Of a DNA stretch of 64,000 bases, positions 1 through 13,000 are shown in pieces; position 1 is the stretch's first letter, and each line of letters starts with the position of its first letter. Source of the stretch: Octopus vulgaris (taxonomy: Eukaryota). Position numbers and translations under genes: made by a program. Under the pieces are notes generated by a model that was given only the letters and a program-made list of their open reading frames with translations, searched no databases and had not been told where the DNA came from. The stretch lies in the NCBI GenBank assembly GCA_951406725.2, contig OX597815.1, forward strand, positions 80,290,001 to 80,354,000, given 5' to 3'.

Positions 1-527
1 AATTCACCCGACATCGAATTTTTTTTTGTCAAAGAATTCATGACAAGTTATGAAGAACTCCAAGGTTCCTTCCAGAATAGAACGCATATCATTGAAGATC
101 AAACTGGCTGGAGAGATGATATGAAGTTTCTGTTCCGCTTAACCCGTACTTTCAGGTTCTTCCATGAGAACGGAGACCTACCTTTCATCATGTTTCAGAA
201 AATTGCGAACATCAGTAATGCCAGATGGAATTCGCGAACAATCTTAGTTCTTCTTGCCGTTGCGTTTCATTTTCTCTACTGACTTGCTGCAACTTGAGTA
301 TTGACTCATTTGACTTTATATGACTTACCTTCTTTTTATTGTTCTGGAATGCAGAATACAGTTTTTTTTTAACAATTATGAATCTTCTGGATCTTTTCCC
401 TCATTTTTTTAATATTCAACCAGGATTCTACATCAAATACAAAGAAAAACATTGATTTTCATTGTTTTCTAGCAAAAACTTATGAGAATATGATACAGGA
501 CTATGGAGTTGCAAAAAGTTGTATCCC
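1..527 (+). mobile_element. Possible DNA-transposon remnant (transposase-like fragment and right end)
   Basis: ORF 40-282 has non-repetitive protein-like sequence (FQKIANISNARWNSRTILVLLA) recalling ARW-motif transposase fragments. The segment ends ...GTATCCC directly against (TA)n. Family not determined. Confidence 0.3.
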
Positions 528-2535
528 TTATATATATATATATATATATATATGGTGCTCCAGTATGGTCGCAGTCAAATGATTGAAACAAATAAAAGAA
601 TAAAAGAATATATATATAATATTTGCCAGAACTCTTTCATATCATAGTTCGTTAAAAAGCCTAAAAGTCTATAATAATATATTATTATTTACAGAATACA
701 TGCCCTCTTAACACCTGACTCAGCCAGTCTATGCACCAACCCCACCTTACTTAACACCTGGGAGTTTCACAACTCTGGAAGGTAATCTGTTTAAATTGGA
801 GCAGCTTTTAATGAGGGATAAAAAGAAAAGACGCTAATAAATGAATAATTTCGTGAAATAAAAAATTTACAAGATAAACATATAAATGCCGCCAAAGTCT
901 GGCTACAGATCAGATGGGTCTATCTCTGTAGAGCAGATGTACATGAAGTGCTTGTGGAATCTTTGGACAGCTGACATAACACGCATAGAGTAATTACTGA
1001 AACGACCAGTCAAGTAGATATGCCTATTAAGGGCGCACATTACACGATTAGCTTATGTCATAATAGTGATTTAATTAGTCACTTTTTCTCTTTTCGTTTC
1101 GCTGATGTGTTCATATTTAATATATATTTTTATTATTAGGCAAGTGGAAACAAGATCGGTATTTAAATATATTATGCTATTTAATTTCGTCCATCTACGT
1201 TATGAGTTCAAGTCGACTGTAACTTTAACATGTCTGTCTTTCGATAAAACAGGTATCAGTATTATATCTTCCTCTATGAAAACAAAAGATTTTGCCGAAT
1301 ATAAAGTCTAAGAATAGTTTTATTCATATATGCCCATTCAAACTCACATACGCACCTACAAATGTAATCAGTCTCACATGTATATGTTGGTATATAACTG
1401 ATTGTCACTCGCCCATTAGTATTAAAAAATTTACATATCAGTTGGAATAGAATCAACTGTTGCTTGGACAGAAGAAGAATAGTATATGTTTTATAAGAGG
1501 CAGACATTAAATGGAGACCAAACACAAAGAGTGAAATCGAGAATTTTTTTTCATAACACAAAGCCTTCCTGTACATGTTTCTAAAGGATCTAACCGTATA
1601 TAGTAATAGAAAGGTTGGTAAATATTCCACCATTGCTAGACATAAACGTGAAATAGGGACACTATGGTTACCTTTTCTGTAAACGAGGAACAGTCCCACT
1701 ACATCGCTGATTTGTGAAATAAAAAACAATAAATGAAAACAATAAATAAATAAGAAAAATAAAAAGCATAAGGTTGAGTAATAAATGTGGAGATATTTGA
1801 TATAAACATGAAGTAATAACTAAAATGGTTTCTAAGGCCAGCACTTATGAGGGAAATGTGTTAATCGATACCATCAAATCCAGTACTTAATACGTACTTT
1901 ATTTTATCAACCCCTAAAAATAAAAAAAAGAGAAAACTGACTCCACCGGAATTTGAACTCAGAACATAAAGAGCATGAATAAATGTATGTAAAGAATTTT
2001 GATCAACACGGCTATGCAGCCTTTGATTCAGACATTGTGTATCTCGGCCTACATTATCATTTGTGTCATTTTATTTTAAATAAGTGCATGTGATCTGAAG
2101 GAAAACTGACTGTTGTTTCTAGCATGTCTAATAATCACGTAGCATCTCCTTCATTAACGTAAAATATGGCGAGAATCGCCAACCAAGTAATACACAACCA
2201 GTTAAAGATTCTTTTCCACTTAGCAAATAGATTTTCTTACGAAAGGAAGACCGAACCACGCATGTCATTTCCCAAGACGCACACAAACACACACACACAC
2301 ACACAATTAGAGAGACTCGTGCTCAAATACACAAATATATTTTTTCTGCTGTAGTGAGTGATACAGTGCAGCATAATCTGCAATTCTGCAACGCTAGTAA
2401 CTTGATGCTGCAACTTCATTTCATTCGGATAGTTTATGCTTTTCAGAAATGTTTTTTCCACATAATCAAATATGCTTGTGTAACTCTATCCATCCATCCA
2501 TCCATCCATCCATCCATCCATCCATCCATCCATCC

Positions 2536-2612
<77 letters not shown>

Positions 2613-2892
2613 CACACACACACACATACACATATAAACGTAATTTGAATGGATATTCCCATATGTATATAAAAAAAAAGTATATTGACTGTATAAAGGG
2701 CTCAATATTTATTATAGTTTTATTGATTGCGACTTCAAAAATTTTATCGAAAGTCACTGTTAGCGAAATTATAAAACTGCTACAATTATCATGATCAGAA
2801 ATGTTCTTTGCACTATTTGCTCCGGTTTCGAACGTTCGGGTTCAAAATCTGTTGAGGTAAACTCTGTCTTTCAAAAATATACAGTTATAAGA

Positions 2893-3340
2893 AGGGCGAT
2901 GAGCTGGTAGACTCGTTAGCATTTCGGCCGAAATGCTTGGCGGGATTTCATCTGTCTTTATGTTCCGAGTTTAAATTCCGCTGAGGTTGATTTTGTCGTT
3001 CATCTTATCGGGTCGATAAAATAAGTACCAGTTAAGCACTGGGGGGTCAATCTAATCGACTTAGCCCTCACCCTTCAAAATCTCTGGCCTTGTGTCAAAA
3101 TTTAAAACCAATAATAGATTTAGACTATCATTAGGCGGTGAGTTAGCAGAATCGTTAGCACGCCGGATGTTTGGCGGCATTCATGTGTCTTTATGTTCTG
3201 AGGTCAAATTCAGCCGGGGTCGACTTTGCCTTTCTCCATTTCGAGGCCGATAAAATAAGTACCACTTGAAAACTGGGACCGATGAAATCGTTGTAACCAT
3301 CCCCTAAAGCTGCTGACCTTGTATCAAAACTTGAAATCAA
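2893..3340 (+). mobile_element. Two adjacent tRNA-derived SINEs, family A (MetaSINE-like core)
   Basis: GGCG..GAGCTGGCAGA..CGTTAGCA head with GTTCAAATTCC B-box-like motif, then a GCCTTTCATCCTTTCGGGGTCGATAAAATAAGTACCAG-like core. Copies at ~2893-3110 and ~3133-3340. Confidence 0.8.
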
Positions 3341-4751
3341 TGTACAGTATCATTCCAGGATTGTGGATTGGTGGAATTATAAGAACCTTGAAAAATAATT
3401 CGCTGCAGTATTTGTTCCATTTCTTTATGGTCTAGTTGTCCAGTCACGGGATCGCGGGTGAGACTACTCTGTTTAACCGACACATAGTCTCATGTAAGAA
3501 ATACCCGAAATCAACAGGAAACTAGCTTTGAATTTTCCCACAGAACTATTCATGACAAACACATAGTCCTCGTCAAAGAAATTACGAGGCATCGTTTGCG
3601 ACATAATCGCGAAGAAAGGAAAATATTAAAATTTTGGGTGAGATTCAGCAGCTGTTCTTAACATTGTGACCGACCTTGCAGAAAATCCTCCTTTGATTCT
3701 GCGGTCTACTCCCTATAGTAAGTATTTCATTCATTGCCGTTATGCTGCTTATTTCTTTATTTATTCATGATCTTTATTAAGTCTTTTCTAGATATTACGG
3801 ATCGTGATATTGAATCACAACGTGCATTATGTTTTTACATTTATTCTTTCATAAAAGTATAAGCGTGCAAATAAAATTTTGATGGTACTTTACAGATTAC
3901 ACAACCTTGTTCGTTACTAGGCATACACGTTCCAAATCCAGCAGCTACATCCATATATATACTATTGTATTCTAATATCGAATTTGATAAGTGATAAAGT
4001 TCCTGAACACAACACATTCCCATAGTAATCATGCTCTGAATATCAAGGTTTTAACAGATGCGTTTACAACAGTGAGAAACAACGATTTTGATAATTCTGA
4101 AATTATGCATATAAAGCAGTGTAAAGTATATGGTAAAAAAAAGTGTGCCACAAAATGCACACTCGCTTATATATGTACCGGCATCCAAATATCGCTGGAT
4201 GAAAAAAGATGGAGAAATGCAAGACCCGAATGGAATAAGGTATTGGATTATTAGCTCACTTAGTTCAGATGCAGTGAGAGCGTTTTATAGTATTTCTGAG
4301 GGAACCTTTTTATTGCCTAAAGTTCTACATTTTTCGAGAGTGGGTTCCAGAATTCTCAGGAAATTTTTTATAAAACCGATCAGTTAACAAACGATGTTTC
4401 TGATGAAATCACGTAGTTCTTTTATTTTTATACATCACTCGTGATACATATTTTATAAATATCATGCATATAAGGCATAAATACTCGATAGTACATATGT
4501 AGTTAATTTCTGAGGGGCCATAATTATGTTTGCCACTCGAACGCGTAAGAATTCCATGAGTCACAAAAGTTGTTCATCTTCACTATAAAATCACTATATT
4601 AACTATTAAAAACATACACGCAGCAGAATACAACGTCTTTACCAAGAGTACCTACTACAAACAGACTAATGCTGCCACAGCCAGCAACAAAGACATCACC
4701 ATCGCCATTATTACCGTTGTCAATAATAAACAAAGGATTTGTTAAAATGTG

Positions 4752-5524
4752 GGATCTATACTTTTTGACCGTCAGATTTTAAAAAATAATTTTTTGTAGC
4801 TATACACTTTTAAACTTCGGACACTGGTAGATTATGTCATATAAAACATATTTTACTCTTAACGTTTTTGAGAAAAGCTTATATTTAGGAAGTTATTTCA
4901 CGTTAAAGTTGTATTTCGGTAATTTCAATCAATCAATGACGTGTATTCAGCTGAATAAAATTACTGCTGTTGTTTGTCAATAAAAACCTCCGGTGGTGTA
5001 TATTTCATTTGTGACTGTTATTTATAACAATCTTAACCCTAAAACCCTAACCCTAAGCCTAAAACCTTAATCCTAACATTAACCCTAAAACCTTAACTCT
5101 AACCCTAAAACCCTAACCCTAACCCTAAAATCCTAACCCTAACACCCTAACCCCAAAACCCTAGCCCTAACCCTAAAACCCTAACTCTAACCCTAAAACC
5201 CTAACCCTAAAACTTTAAATCTAAAACCAGTACAAACGCACGAACGATGTCAAATAACTGTGACAAACGAAAAATACACCACCGATTGTTGTTGTTGACA
5301 AACAACGGCAGTAATTTTATTCAACTGATTATACGTCATTGATTGGTTGAAATTACCGAAATACGACAACTTTAACGTGAAATAACTTCCTAAATATAAG
5401 CTTTTCTCAAATACGCTAAGAGTAGAAGATGTTTTATATGACACATTCTACCAGTGTCCGAAATTTGAATGTGTTTAGTTACAAAATTTATTTTTTAAAT
5501 CTGTAGGTCAAAAGGTAATGATCC
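4752..5524. mobile_element. Non-autonomous DNA transposon with ~270-bp TIRs, 8-bp TSD and an internal telomere-like repeat (Merlin- or hAT-like)
   Basis: GGATC...GATCC termini; arms ~4752-5025 and ~5250-5524 are reverse complements; AAAATGTG is duplicated at 4744-4751 and 5525-5532. Confidence 0.85.
5035..5222. repeat. Degenerate (CCCTAA/CCCTAAAA)n telomere-like array inside the MITE
   Basis: aaccctaaaaccctaaccct units read directly. Confidence 0.9.
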
Positions 5525-5787
5525 AAAATGTGTAACAGTTACTGTTTAAAAGTTGAAATTTACGAAGATTATGTTCTATTTCAGTTTTCGCATTATATTG
5601 CATTTTTGAACCACAGACAAAATTTTATAAACTAGATTTTGCCTAATAAAAGGATATTAATTCTTCGTTGTTATCTAGAACTTAAATAGAGAACATAAAA
5701 ATCTATAGCATACTGCTGGACATCAAGCTGTATAAATAATTTCATCGAACCAATGACCTTTACTAATACTCAATATCTCGGATTCAA

Positions 5788-5952
5788 ATTTTGGCACAAG
5801 GTCGGCAATTACAGAGGAGGTGTAAGTCGATTACATTGCCACCAGTGTTCAACTGGTACTTATTTTATCGAAAAGATAAAAGGCAAATTCGATCTATGTG
5901 GAGTTTGAACTCAGCACGCCAAAAAGGACGAAATGCCGATTCTGCCAGCTCA
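5788..5952 (-). mobile_element. SINE family A, decayed
   Basis: Reverse complement of the family A core (ctggtacttattttatcga...tttgaactcag...ctgccagctc). A more decayed copy lies at ~1835-1985. Confidence 0.7.
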
Positions 5953-6493
5953 GTGTTTTGCTGATACGTAATACATCGACCCAACAAATAATTCAATTTA
6001 GAAGAGTAACATGTGTTACTAAAATTACGACATAATATCGAGAGCTTATACTGTTCTTAACTTCGTGTGCTGGTTAGATTGGACAAAAATTATAATCATA
6101 TTAAATGCATGAAATCAGAGAATTACAGATATGCCACAGTGTAGGTAAATTTATGGACATTGGAACTAGAGGGCATAATTATCAATGTCACATGAACTTA
6201 AATAAATATTGATCACAATTTATAATCATGACAGAAAGACGAGAATGTTGCAAGTGTTGGAAATTTGTGTATTATTATAGAGCGTGCAATAACAGATTCT
6301 CGGGAAATTACGGCATCAATCTATCATGCAGTAAGAAACTACGTCAGTTACGGTGATGAGTGCTCTAATGGTTCTATAGACGGAGGAGACGTCATAGTCA
6401 TTAATATTGATGTTAGCTGTTGAGGGCTTCTTATTTACTTATACACTCAAGAGAATCCTTAACAGACACACATACACACACACATGCACACAC

Positions 6494-6529
<36 letters not shown>

Positions 6530-6882
6530 AGACATAAAAATATGTGTGCATATATATATATATATCTTTTATATATATGTATGTATATATATATTTATAC
6601 TGTACAGATCCGTGATAGAAAATTCAACAAGAAAAGTACTTCATCTGGTGGGAGATCAATATTATTATTTAAAGGTCGCAATACAAGCTTTAAAGCGCTA
6701 CTGATAGTTTCATATATTGAGAGGACTCAAACATATTCTTCAGGCGCAAAACACATATCATAACGAACTAAAAAACTGAATGAATAAAAGAAACGCGATG
6801 AAGCTGAGAAGGCAGCATATAGAAAATGCAGACAGTAATAAATGGAAAGCGAAAAACGGAAAATGAAACTAAAATATCAAAA

Positions 6883-6945
<63 letters not shown>

Positions 6946-6951
<6 letters not shown>

Positions 6952-7569
6952 TGAGGGAGATAAATTGAATATTAATTTAATTAATATCAATTTAAAACCT
7001 AGCATACAAAAATCTGAAAAATCAGAGAATATTCTAATACATGTGTATATTTAAAGGGCTAAAAAACCATTAGGTGGTCAGCCGTATGCTAGAAGTAGAT
7101 CCCCTACGATCAAACTACAAAGAAAAGAATGTTCTCTAGAGGAAAATTCAGCGGACACCAGAACAAAATGCGGGCAAGACATGAAAATTATATAAAAAAC
7201 AGAATTACTCACAGACCGGCGGTTTCGCCTATTAACGAATGAATCACTTATGTAATCCCTCGTCCGTAGGCTCGTCAGTGCGATCGTTCCACAGGTAATA
7301 TAATTTGTAAAACTAACCACCAGTTTTCCGTATAAAAACAGACATGTGCTTAATTTCACCGATTACATTGGGGTTAATTTCAAACGTCTGAGCTCTGGCG
7401 CGCTAAAATTCCGGAAACAAACTGGTTTTTATATAATTTTCATCTGTCTTGCCCGCATATTGTTCTGGTGTCCGCTGAATTTTCTTCTAGAGAACATTCT
7501 TTTCTTTGTAGTTTGATCGTAGGGGATCTACTTCTAGCATACGGCTGACCACCTAGTGGTTTTTAGCCC

Positions 7570-7575
<6 letters not shown>
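6946..7575 (-). mobile_element. Non-coding Penelope-like (pLTR) palindromic element between (TA)n tracts
   Basis: ~150-bp inverted arms 7050-7200 and 7424-7575, an extra tail on one side only (6946-7050), a hammerhead in the spacer, and (TA)n on both sides. Confidence 0.75.
7209..7283 (-). ncRNA. Type I hammerhead ribozyme
   Basis: Minus strand: tcgca-CTGACGA-gccta...taggc-GAAA-ccgccgg-TC-tgtga. Stems I, II and III all pair; GUC cleavage triplet. Confidence 0.85.
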
Positions 7576-7636
<61 letters not shown>

Positions 7637-7639
<3 letters not shown>

Positions 7640-8430
7640 CTAGCAGTATCACCCGGCGCTGCTTTAGGATTGGAATTTTCGAAAAGTAAAAAGTTTGCAT
7701 TATGTAGCTTCTTATTCACTTTAAGTGAACATTTTTCTGGTTGAAATACACGAAAAATGGCGACAGTCAAAACATCGTAAAAAAATAGGGATTTTCATAG
7801 AAAAAAACCCACCTTTTTGATGTAAATAATTTTTGGTCTTAACATGGTCCGATTTGAATTTTTTCTTCTACGGAAGGAAGAGCAAGGCTTCTTCTATTAT
7901 GCTCTCAATTTTGGCCAACTTGCGTCGCAGGGTCTTGGAGGAGATAGTGTTAGTTGAAAGCTACCAAACCTGCCATTACACAGACAACTTCAGCTTTATA
8001 TATATAGATAATTGGTATGTGTTCACAAAGTTCAAACGATTAATACGAAAAAACCCTCCAGGCTACATCCCGAAAATTCATTTCTTTGCCGAATGTCTAC
8101 AATGTTTACGGCGATTCGTTTATATATCTTGATTTTTTTATTTTTTATGCAATTTACGCATAGTTCACGTCAAACACCTGACTGTGTAAAGTTCACTATT
8201 CAATGCATGGGATAAGGCCTAAACAAACACATGATCGATTTTTGCACTTGCGAGATGAATTTCGGAACAGAAGTAGCGCAGTTCAATTTTCATTCGCCTA
8301 AACTTTAAGTGACTCATTTTTGGTGGTTCTACGATTTGTTGGCTAGGAGGAGATGTGCCGGGAAGTTAAACACACAGACACACACACACACAGATACACA
8401 CACAGACACATAAGTTGAGTTTTGTATATA
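7637..8430 (+). mobile_element. Helitron/Helentron-like (HINE-type) non-autonomous repeats
   Basis: Starts ctagcagtatcacccggcgctgct after (TA)n. Two ends of the type cacagaca..cagctttatatatatagat (~8010 and ~8430), with (CA) repeats near the 3' end. Confidence 0.45.
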
Positions 8431-8527
8431 TATATAATAAGTGTAGGTCGTATACGAGTAGGTATATATTTATAAAAAAGATGTTTGAAAATGCCACTAT
8501 ATAAGATAAATTTTAATTTTCTTAGAA

Positions 8528-8575
8528 ATTTTACATGTTTCGGTTCTTCTTGAAAAAACGAACCTTATCAAAAAT
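8528..8575 (-). ncRNA. Minimal hammerhead-like motif, variant core UUGAUAA
   Basis: attt-TTGATAA-ggttc...gaacc-GAAA-catg-TA-aaat. Confidence 0.55.
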
Positions 8576-8937
8576 ATTTTTAAAAGTTAAGTGTAATAAA
8601 AAAGTTCATAATTGTTTCTTACTGGTCTCAAAAGAATCCAAGTGATGGTTTTTTGTGGGGAGGAAGCATAATAGCTGTTTTACGTGTTGAATAAATTAAG
8701 GAAATGACCAGTGGCCGAAATAGCAGTAGCAGCAGTAACTGTTGGTCGTAGTAGCAGTAACCGTGGTGGTGGTTGGAGTTGCAGCGGTTCATTGGCTGAA
8801 GTAGTAGCAGCAGTGGAAGACTTGATCGTAGTAGTAATAGTAGTGACCATGGTGGTTGTAGTAGTAGTAAAATTAGTGATCGTGGTGGTAGTGATAGCAT
8901 TCCATTTTCTTTTTCGGAAGACCAATATATTGTTCTA

Positions 8938-9710
8938 ATGTTCCTGGCCCAGGGTGTTTAAACTTGGTCCGAATTTTCTAATAAAATAGAATTCTTTATT
9001 TTGACGTTGAGTGAACGTTACGTTGTTACTGAATTGGTAAAGTGGTAAATATGTGAATTTGGGATTTTTATTTGAAGCACATCTATCTATGTGTCCGCTG
9101 ACAGGTATTTTCCTGTATTCAGGATTCCTAATTTGGGATTTATGAACTGCCATCCTTTTTCATAGGGTGTTTTTTGTATGGCCTATATATTGCCTATTGC
9201 ACCTTGCGCATGATAACACATAAATTAAGTTTTCTGATGCACAGGGGAAGTTTGTTCTGATGGTAAAATGATGGTCTTGTTCTAATGTGTATTCTGAACC
9301 TTCTACTAAGATGAAACAGATTCCGCGGTTGGGCTTTCCACATTTTCTAACTGCTGATTTTGTGGTTGTTGTTGAGTGCAGTTTTGCTTGGGTTAAAATC
9401 TTTTTTCAGGATTTTGGTTGCCGTTTACTTTTAATGATGGTGTACGTTTGGAGGATTCGGTTCATCTTTGGGTCTCCCTTGAGTAGGGGTGTGCTTTGGA
9501 GTATGGTGATGAAGGCCTCATTGTTAAGTGGGTTGTGTGTAGAGATGTAGGGTAGGGTTTTTAATTTTTCTTTCTTTTTTAGTTTTGGTTGCCTCAGGTC
9601 TTCTATACTTAATTTAAGTGCTCGTTGGATTGCACTGTCTATTAGGGGCTGTGGATGGAGACGTGTGTGTCGGGTGTTTGTGTCTGATATTATGGTGCAA
9701 ATCCTTCTAT
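8938..9710 (-). pseudogene. PLE ORF C-terminus: RT thumb, linker and GIY-YIG endonuclease (stops/frameshifts)
   Basis: Translates to RRICTIISD...LPYISTHNP...KSKRQPK...FPCASENLIYVLSCARCNRQYIGHT...HKSQIRNP...GHIDRC...KEFYFIRKFGPSLN, containing the LIY/YIG motifs and Cys/His residues typical of the PLE endonuclease. Confidence 0.9.
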
Positions 9711-9837
9711 TTCCTTAATTTATTCAACACATAAGACAGCTAGTATGCTTCCTCCCCACAAAAAATCCACCGCGTGGATTTTGTTGAGACAAGTAAGAAA
9801 CAATTATGAACTTTTTTATTACAGTTACATTTAAAAT

Positions 9838-9885
9838 ATTTTTGATAAGGTTCGTTTTTTCAAGAAGAACCGAAACATGTAAAAT
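9838..9885 (+). ncRNA. Minimal hammerhead-like motif, variant core UUGAUAA (mirror copy)
   Basis: Same motif as 8528-8575, on the opposite strand. Confidence 0.55.
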
Positions 9886-10129
9886 TTCTAAGAAAATTAA
9901 AATTTATTTTATATAGTGGCGTTTTCAAACTTATTTTTTTATAAATATATATATATATATATACGTTTATATATTTGTTGTGCAAGATTTTTTATGTGTT
10001 GAAACAGATATTGTTGTATTTCAGAATGGTCATTTTGCCAGTTTAGCTAATAAAAACACACGCACTATATATTTGGTGTTACTTTGCTTCAGTGTTATTT
10101 ATTTTTTACATTAAACATAATCTTATTTC

Positions 10130-10174
10130 GGCCAGAGTTCTTTCGTCACACTCCTGTGATTGCATCAGTGGTCC
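10130..10174 (-). ncRNA. Atypical hammerhead-like motif in a pLTR-like repeat (~9965-10395)
   Basis: ggacca-CTGATGCA-atcac aggagt gtgac-GAAA-gaac-TC-tggcc; the core carries an insertion or substitution. Confidence 0.4.
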
Positions 10175-10435
10175 TTTGCTTTCTTCTTTCTTATTTGTGT
10201 GTCTCTCCTTACTAACCGTCAGCCATTTTGTATTTCTATTTTAAGTGTCTTCATTTGCGCATGCGTATATCTCTATGTGTGTCTATGTTTAGTTAGTGTG
10301 TGTGTGTAATATTTGTATCTTCTGTTTACATACGTTCGTGTAATTTATTTTTGTTTTTGTTTATTCTTATTTCGTTCATGTATTTACATCCACTTATTAT
10401 TATTATCATTATTAGACTCTCCCCAAACCATTACA

Positions 10436-11007
10436 TGTTGTCGTGAAAGTACGACACTGGAAACTGTGCAAGAAGTGTGGCTAGTGAGAGGCAAGATATG
10501 GTATGAGCAGAAACTGCAGGGAGTGGCGGAGTCTGAGACTAGCAAAATCCTCTGGGATTTTTCAATCCAAACAGATCAAATAGTAGAGCATAACAAACTG
10601 GACCTAGTGGTGGTCGACAAGATGCACCACATTTGTTATATAGTTGATGTTGCATGCCACTTTGACCCATGAATATTCAAGAAGGGAGGCGAATAGATAG
10701 ATGAATACAACCCTCTTAAGTACGAAATATCCCGGCAGTAGAAAATGAAAAAGGTGAGGATAGTGCCAATAATTGTTGGGTCCTTGAGAACAGTATCAGA
10801 ATGCATCAAGGGTAATATAAAGGAAATCTGAACAGAGTGCCCAGTAGAACTGTTACAAAAGTTTTGCCTCTTTGGCAAGGCCAGAATTATCAGGAAAGTA
10901 TTAGATAGCTGAAAAGAACGGATAGCTTGGTACCGTAGAGCTGTAGGTAGCACGTTCACTACGGATGCAAGATTCCAGGAGTTCCAATAAAGCCTGCGAT
11001 AAAGAGA
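10436..11007 (+). mobile_element. R4/Dong-type non-LTR retrotransposon 3' fragment (restriction-like endonuclease), ending in (TAA)n
   Basis: HWKLCKK...WYEQK...KILWDFSIQTD...HNKLDLVVVDK...IVDVAC...VPIIVGSL...LLQK...ARIIRKVLDS* (stop 10910-10912), then a short 3' UTR and (AAT)n. Confidence 0.85.
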
Positions 11008-11020
11008 AATAATAATAATA

Positions 11021-11099
<79 letters not shown>

Positions 11100-11139
11100 C
11101 AACAACGACGACGACGACGCCAACAACAACAACAACAAC

Positions 11140-11192
<53 letters not shown>

Positions 11193-11198
11193 TAATAA
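11008..11198. repeat. Compound trinucleotide microsatellite (TAA/TGA/CAA/CGA)
   Basis: Read directly. Confidence 0.95.
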
Positions 11199-11747
11199 AT
11201 GTATCAATATAAAGCGTAATTAACTATTCATGTTTGTTTGTTCCTGTATGAGGAATATACAAGTTAGAATGAAAATAATTCTAAACTTAAGTCAAATTTT
11301 CCGTATCGGTTATCCAAAGTCAGACAAAAATACATTTATTTGCCAAGGATAATATCACAGATCAAGTAATGCAAAAAGTAATTTATATTTGTTTGTCCAT
11401 ACGCTTTTCATATACAGATTGGAGCTATCTTGACAAAAATAAATACATAAAGTGATGAACGTTTGCTTATAGATAGTCTGTAACTGAAATAAATTCACGC
11501 ACTGGGAATCTTATCTCTACGTAAGCTGCGCTTTGTTCCAAAGGATTACTGAAATAATTGAAATACCATTTTTTCTAGTTTTATGGAAGCGAAGATTGCT
11601 GTCGGTCAGAAAGTCCCCGAAATGTCGAAACCTACTTTTCTAGAACATCTCCATGTTCCATTTGGTATATGTAAATTTGCGGCGAGATTACGGTATTTCC
11701 AGAAACCATGTGAAAGCTGTTGTAACACTTGTTATATAAATTCCGAC

Positions 11748-12198
11748 AAGGCGGCGAGCTGGCAGAAACGTTAGCACGCCGGGCGAAATGCGCAGCCGTA
11801 TTTCGTTTGCCGTTACGTTCTGGGTTCAAATTCCGCCGAGGTCGACTTTGCCTTTCATCCTTTCGGGGTCGATTAAATAAGTACCAGTTACGCACTGGGG
11901 TCGATATAATTGACTTAATCCGTTTGTCTGTCCTTGTTTGACTTCTCTGTGTTTAGCCCCTTGTGGGTAGTAAAGAAATAAGAAACGTTAGCACGCCGGG
12001 CGAAATGCGTAGCCGTATTTCGTCTGCCGTTACGTTCTGGGTTCAAATTCCGCCGAGGTCGACTTTGCCTTTCATCCTTTCGGGGTCGATTAAATAAGGA
12101 CCAGTTACGCACTGGGGGGTCGATGTAATCGACTTAATCCGTTTGTCTGTCCTAGTTTGTCCCCTCTGTGTTTATCCCCTTGTGAGTAGTAAAGAAAT
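11748..12198 (+). mobile_element. Young tandem pair of SINE family A with the long CCCCTTGTGGGTAGTAAAGAAATA tail
   Basis: Near-identical units 11748-11980 and 11981-12198; TSD ATATAAATTCCGAC on both sides (~11733 and ~12200). Confidence 0.9.
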
Positions 12199-12590
12199 AT
12201 ATATAAATTCCGACGCATGGAACTACAAGTATGCTCGACAACAGTGAGGTTTTAAAGGTATATTATATAGTGTAACAGCCCATTCCGAAAGAGCTCGAAA
12301 GAAAAAAACGTATCAGCTGTGATAAGTACCACTGAATAAAGACGATTCAAATATCGATACAGGTTACCAAGTTTTTTATATTTTGTTCTGATTTTCGCGA
12401 GGATACTTAAACTACGTGAATTCGAAACCTCCGTTATTTACTTCCAGCTGATGATGCAGTTTGTTAGACACGTTACAAGACCAGCTTATTGGCAGAAACA
12501 CTTCCAAATCTCATTATTATCATTATTATTATTATTGTTGTTGTTGTTGTTTTTGTTTGCTTTAATCTGCATGTTTCTTACAATCACTTG

Positions 12591-12939
12591 CTGAGACACA
12601 CCCAGCGTCCCGGGGCAAGTGAAAGATAAGAGATGTTACAGTAGGAAGATTCTTGGCATCTAAGGTTACTTGTTGTAGCCCGGTGTTAGGAATTTTTCCT
12701 TTCCAACATTCTAATCTGTTGTGTGCATAATAATAATATGCAGTTAGAAGAAAATTCTAACTGGGCCCCGCCTGCAAGGTCATGTGCTGTTTATCTTGAT
12801 ATGAGATCACCATGTCGCGCACATATGATTGTGATGCATGTGTCTAGTGTACCCTTATCAGACGGGTAGTCATGGTGGGTATACTGGGCTTCGTATATTT
12901 TACCCCAGGTTCACTTTGATGGCATGCGCTGCTCTCTCA

Positions 12940-13000
<61 letters not shown>

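Larger units (their letters stand above)
8466..9948 (-). mobile_element. 5'-truncated Penelope-like retroelement with inverted pseudo-LTRs
   Basis: Inverted ~240-bp arms 8466-8705 and 9710-9948 flank a minus-strand RT-thumb/linker/GIY-YIG remnant; both arms carry a hammerhead-like motif; ends in (TA)n. Confidence 0.9.

Noticed and set aside
5035-5222. True telomere or chromosome-fusion scar
   Set aside because: Short, degenerate and enclosed by transposon TIRs with a TSD.
11748-11840. tRNA genes suggested by A/B-box-like motifs
   Set aside because: These are SINE heads continuing into a shared core and tail; no cloverleaf.
12440-12510. CTGATGA-tgc...gca-GAAA as a hammerhead
   Set aside because: No stem III, no NUH site and no stem I partner after GAAA.
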